DNA of 25,656 bases from positions 1 through 25,656 of IMG/VR virus record IMGVR_UViG_3300026125_000022. One strand, given 5' to 3'. Position 1 is the first letter of the stretch. Every line of letters starts with the position of its first letter. This DNA is from a virus (lineage: Duplodnaviria > Caudoviricetes). Below the pieces are notes generated by a model, which made no database searches, was not told the DNA's origin, and worked only from the letters and a program-made list of their open reading frames with translations. Both the position numbers and the translations under genes were made by a program. Shown here piece by piece: positions 21,906-25,656 of this stretch.

Positions 21906-24260
21906 TTAGTATTTAATTACAGTGTTAGGTGTTTTGAAGTCTTTCTTACGCATAATAGTTTTATTAACGACTTCAAATTCATCTTTAGCCTTGTTGTATC
22001 TAATGACAACTGGCAAGTTCAAATCAGCCTGAATGTCTTTCAGTACGGCTTCAGAATCAGCGTTTTGCTTGATATCTTTTGCTTTGTTCTTAGCAATTTT
22101 CTTAAATAGCTTTTGCAACTCAGCAATAGTTATAGCAGGATTGTTACGCTCATCATTCATACGATCCGCAAAGTGGCGAGTGAATTCCACATCAACACCA
22201 AACTTGTCTAGCAAACGATCAGCAAATTTTTCAAGGTCTTTGATTTGCTTTTGAGACACCTCTTCAAATATAGACTCAAACGCTTCATTAATAGATTCTC
22301 CGGGAGTATCTTTCTTGTAACGCTTAGTCACTTTCTCTGTTGCGAAGTCGCCAGCACCATGCTCTTCTACCATGTCAGCAAGTATACGGGCATCGATACC
22401 AGGTACCTGATCAGCGATAGTAGCGGCATACCAAGCAATAGTGTGACGTAGTTTGCCGTTACCTTCTTTACGCTTACGGTCCACAATCTTCTGCACTAAG
22501 TCTTTAGCGTATGCGTATCTTTTCTTATGAGTTGTCTTAGATAGAATACGCTTGATGCCTTGCATTGTGGTTTCTTCATCAAGGTCTACTTCTTCTTTAG
22601 GCACACAGTTTGGTACTTCTTTACCGTCTTTCTTCTTAGTGCCTAGTTGAACGTAGCCTTTCCAGCAAGGATCATCTTCGTCTTTCTCTAGCTTTTTCGC
22701 TTCTTGGATGTAGTGATTCACACAAGAAAATGCCCATTCCTGATCAGCTTCTTCTAGTGCGCTTTCATACACTGCCATCAACTCTTCAAGTGCAATGCCA
22801 TGCTTCTCTGCTTTTTGAGCAATAGCATCTAGCGCCTTCGATTCTTCTAGATCAATAGACTCAGCAATGCTTTCTGCAACACTTTGAATCATGTTCACAA
22901 GATCAGCTTCTTCAGAATTTACCTGGCGAATTTGCTTACGGAGTGAACGAGTCTTCACTACGTCCATTTCCTTTTCGTGTTCACGTCTTAGATTTTCACG
23001 CTCAGTTTTATGCTGTTTACGTAGACGCATCTCTGCGTCATTTTCTTCTTCAACCTTTTTCTTTCTGAAGGCACGGAAGCGACCATCCAATTTGATAGAG
23101 CCATCTGCTTTACGTGCTTGATGGAATTTCTTAGTTGGAGCAGTTTCTTCTAAGAATGAATCGAATTGTAAATCTAGGTCTTCCTGCATCTTCTTGCCTT
23201 GGACTCTAGCGATATCATTACGGCGAACTTTTGGTAGCAACTTCTTAGCGATACGGTCGATAGCCGCTTTGCGCTTTTGAACTTTCTGGTCAATCATCAT
23301 CTTCTCAGCAGGAGATAATGTGCTGTATGACTTACCTTTCTCACCGGCTACTTTAGCACGAATAATAGCGATTGCTTTCTTGCGAGATTTCTTCTGTAGC
23401 CTCTCTTTAGTCGATACACGTTTAGCCATGCGTTTACGTGCAGCCGCAATCTTGCTCTTGTACTTACGCATGGTGAGCGCACGTTGTCTACGCTGTGAGT
23501 AGTTCAACACTGCCTCTGATAGGTCCATCTCTTCAGCGATTTTCATGCCGCCACGTACCATGTCGTATACGTCTTGCGCATGTCGCACTAGTGCTTTAGG
23601 TAGACCTTTCTTGAATTTTTCAAAGTCACCTTCAGATGCAAGCTTACGCATAACAGATGCAGACATAGCATCAGCCGTCATAGTCTTAGCTTCTTCCGAA
23701 TCTGGATCAGCCCGGTCACCAGCAGATACTACTTCAATGCTATCGAATGAATAGTCTTTACCGTTGTATCGTTGTAGCAGTTTATCGAACTCAGCAATAC
23801 GGTCAGCGCCTACAACTAGAATTACCTTGCTGTATTTGCCCTGTAGCTCTTGCATTGCTTGAATGATAGTTTTTGATTTTGATTTAACGATGATGTTACC
23901 GAATGCTTTCTTGGCTAGCATTACTTTGTCATCATACGTTAGGGGATTCTTTTTAGCGTCTTGTGAGTGGGTCAAGAATACTTGCGCTGTACCATTAGTC
24001 TTTTTGGCAACATCTTTAATCTTGTTCACAAGCTTTTCGTGACCAGATGTGATTGGATTCATACGACCCCAACCTACAACTACTGTGCCACCTTTAGCTT
24101 CTTCTAGCTTTGGATTGATCTCGATGGAGTTTTTCACCAACTCTTCATCAGAGTCTGCCTTCTCTTTCTTTTTAGGAGCAGGCTTCTTAGCTTTCTTAGG
24201 CTGTTCTTTTTCTACTTCATTCGAGGCGTCAGCCGCCTTCATATCTTTATCGTCTTCCAT
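21906..24260 (-). CDS. large modular protein with N-terminal HxGH-class nucleotidyltransferase (cytidylyltransferase-like) domain
   Basis: GRMNPITSGHEKL, KNPL, VVGADR, VVSAG.R.DPD, MSAS.MR motifs; additional modules behind LEE/LSE/LDE linkers. Confidence 0.85.
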   Translation of the reverse strand: MEDDKDMKAADASNEVEKEQPKKAKKPAPKKKEKADSDEELVKNSIEINPKLEEAKGGTVVVGWGRMNPITSGHEKLVNKIKDVAKKTNGTAQVFLTHSQDAKKNPLTYDDKVMLAKKAFGNIIVKSKSKTIIQAMQELQGKYSKVILVVGADRIAEFDKLLQRYNGKDYSFDSIEVVSAGDRADPDSEEAKTMTADAMSASVMRKLASEGDFEKFKKGLPKALVRHAQDVYDMVRGGMKIAEEMDLSEAVLNYSQRRQRALTMRKYKSKIAAARKRMAKRVSTKERLQKKSRKKAIAIIRAKVAGEKGKSYSTLSPAEKMMIDQKVQKRKAAIDRIAKKLLPKVRRNDIARVQGKKMQEDLDLQFDSFLEETAPTKKFHQARKADGSIKLDGRFRAFRKKKVEEENDAEMRLRKQHKTERENLRREHEKEMDVVKTRSLRKQIRQVNSEEADLVNMIQSVAESIAESIDLEESKALDAIAQKAEKHGIALEELMAVYESALEEADQEWAFSCVNHYIQEAKKLEKDEDDPCWKGYVQLGTKKKDGKEVPNCVPKEEVDLDEETTMQGIKRILSKTTHKKRYAYAKDLVQKIVDRKRKEGNGKLRHTIAWYAATIADQVPGIDARILADMVEEHGAGDFATEKVTKRYKKDTPGESINEAFESIFEEVSQKQIKDLEKFADRLLDKFGVDVEFTRHFADRMNDERNNPAITIAELQKLFKKIAKNKAKDIKQNADSEAVLKDIQADLNLPVVIRYNKAKDEFEVVNKTIMRKKDFKTPNTVIKY

Positions 24261-24308
24261 ATTTTCCTCTTAGTAGGTTTTCCGTAGACTTACTACAAGT
24301 TACCTTGA

Positions 24309-24316
24309 TATTTATG
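24309..24316 (-). promoter_or_regulatory. late promoter (CATAAATA)
   Basis: NATAAATA about 50 nt upstream of the ATG at 24260. Confidence 0.6.
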
Positions 24317-25019
24317 TTTTTCCTGTTCGCAACTTAGACCTATCAATACCATTGACAAATGATGTTAATAATGCTACATTTCTCTCTTCTGGTTTATCCC
24401 ATATGCTAGAACGTCTAAGCCAACCCAAAGCACATATTGGATCTGCTAATGCCATTGGCACTCTAGTACTAAACTCAGGATCAGCTAGGTCACGTAGAAA
24501 GTATGTGTTATCTATAGCTTGTGGTACGCCTATGCGCTCAAGTAGTTCTTTTAATAGTATCTCAGCAGTTATATATGTGATTGCATATGCATGGGCACCA
24601 GCGTGGGCTGGTAGGTCAACTATTCGCTTTGTTGGTCCAACCTTTTCGTGATCATACGCATCAACCTGAAACATTTTAAATCCTAGTGCGACAATCTTAT
24701 TATCTGGCACGTCAAAGTCTGGCTTGTGGAGAAGAATTGCATCATGCTCTAGAATAACAGCACATTCTTTTCTATCTGCAATCATTTTCCATATCATAAA
24801 ATGAGTTACAGTAGCGCAGGCTGCTTTGTCGTCCATCTGAGCGTTAACGGGTAGAATTGAAGAGAATAGATCAATTGCTTCTCTTGTAGTTTTGTTCTGT
24901 ATGCCTAAGACTATTTCATATTCCATTCCAAGTCTTTCACAAGACTCTATTGCAGTCTTTGCCATTTCAACTGATTCAGGGGTATCTATAAGCATGATAT
25001 AGGCTTTCGATGGCTTCAT
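24312..25019 (-). CDS. glycosyltransferase, GT25-like
   Basis: AC..TH..IW, VILEHDA, GAHAYAIT...A..L, AID motifs. Confidence 0.8.
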   Translation of the reverse strand: MKPSKAYIMLIDTPESVEMAKTAIESCERLGMEYEIVLGIQNKTTREAIDLFSSILPVNAQMDDKAACATVTHFMIWKMIADRKECAVILEHDAILLHKPDFDVPDNKIVALGFKMFQVDAYDHEKVGPTKRIVDLPAHAGAHAYAITYITAEILLKELLERIGVPQAIDNTYFLRDLADPEFSTRVPMALADPICALGWLRRSSIWDKPEERNVALLTSFVNGIDRSKLRTGKT

Positions 25020-25645
25020 TTAATCCTCACAAATATAGTGTCCATTCTCAATTTCTTATACACTACGTATCCTAGCGACTCAAGAAAGTCTTTACCTCCA
25101 GCTCTTTCCGTGATGATCACTGGACTGAATCTTTCTATAGTATTTATGGCGCCTTGAAGTGCTTTATCTTCATATCCTTCAACGTCTAGGTGAATCAGGT
25201 CGCAGGTTAGTAGAGGTATGTCATCCAATCTATACATCTTAATATCACCTGGCACCTCTCGTATTGTATGCATGCCAACATTGCTTTCTGGACCAAGTTT
25301 CATTGATAAACTCTTTCTTGTGTTTCCTAGTCCACCGTTGAATGTCCTAAAGCCTTCTCCTTGGCAATTGTATGACAAGCAGTAATAGTTTAACACGTCT
25401 GGCTCAAAAGTCAACACTTCTTTGAAATAGTTTCGGTAGAATCTTGGGTACATGCCACAGTTACCACCAGCTTGAACAACAGTGTCAAACTTCTTCACCT
25501 TCTCTAGGAAATATTCACGCCCTTCTAGCCAGTCGTATAGTGGTCCATCTTGCTCATTACCAAAAGCGCCTTTGTCTTTGGTTACCCATAATAGTTCGTC
25601 TACTCCTTCGTGACCACATGGGCGGAATGATGTTAGCTCTTCCAT
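25016..25645 (-). CDS. FkbM-family SAM-dependent methyltransferase (start may lie further upstream)
   Basis: VVQAGGNCG, FEP, LDD, DLIHLDVEGYE..AL.GA..TI....P.I. Confidence 0.88.
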   Translation of the reverse strand: MEELTSFRPCGHEGVDELLWVTKDKGAFGNEQDGPLYDWLEGREYFLEKVKKFDTVVQAGGNCGMYPRFYRNYFKEVLTFEPDVLNYYCLSYNCQGEGFRTFNGGLGNTRKSLSMKLGPESNVGMHTIREVPGDIKMYRLDDIPLLTCDLIHLDVEGYEDKALQGAINTIERFSPVIITERAGGKDFLESLGYVVYKKLRMDTIFVRIK

Positions 25646-25656
25646 GTTGCGACCTT

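Noticed and set aside
1439-24651. All plus-strand ORFs in the track
   Set aside because: They are antisense shadows of well-supported minus-strand genes and show no recognisable motifs.
1-25656. Stop-codon reassignment, suggested by frequent CTAG/TAG
   Set aside because: Core genes are full length in the standard code and TAG ends genes such as td and gene 39; the CTAGs appear to come largely from CTA Leu codons.
1-25656. CRISPR array or tandem repeat array
   Set aside because: No regularly spaced direct repeats seen; the recurring motifs are promoters and protein linkers.

Overview
A 25.7-kb segment of a T4-like myovirus genome. Essentially all genes are on the minus strand. Read in transcription order (right to left), it holds: an FkbM methyltransferase and a GT25 glycosyltransferase; a late block of probable internal head proteins (with I/L/V-x-E protease-type motifs) plus a GH19 lysin; gp61 primase; a nucleotide-metabolism run (frd, td, nrdA, nrdB, nrdC, cd); a free-standing GIY-YIG gene; an HExxH protein; type II topoisomerase (fused gp39/60 and gp52); small ORFs behind a family of sigma70-like promoters; overlapped spanins; tRNA-Arg(TCT); a peroxiredoxin; DsbA; and a tRNA(CAT). 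The most striking feature is at the left edge. A tRNA gene (Asn-like) is canonical for positions 1-33 and then breaks off exactly before the anticodon. It is followed by a T4 late promoter and a zinc-finger/NUMOD3-like/PD-(D/E)XK nuclease ORF that is missing from the ORF track and runs out of the window. All protein family calls come from motif recognition by eye, not from database searches.
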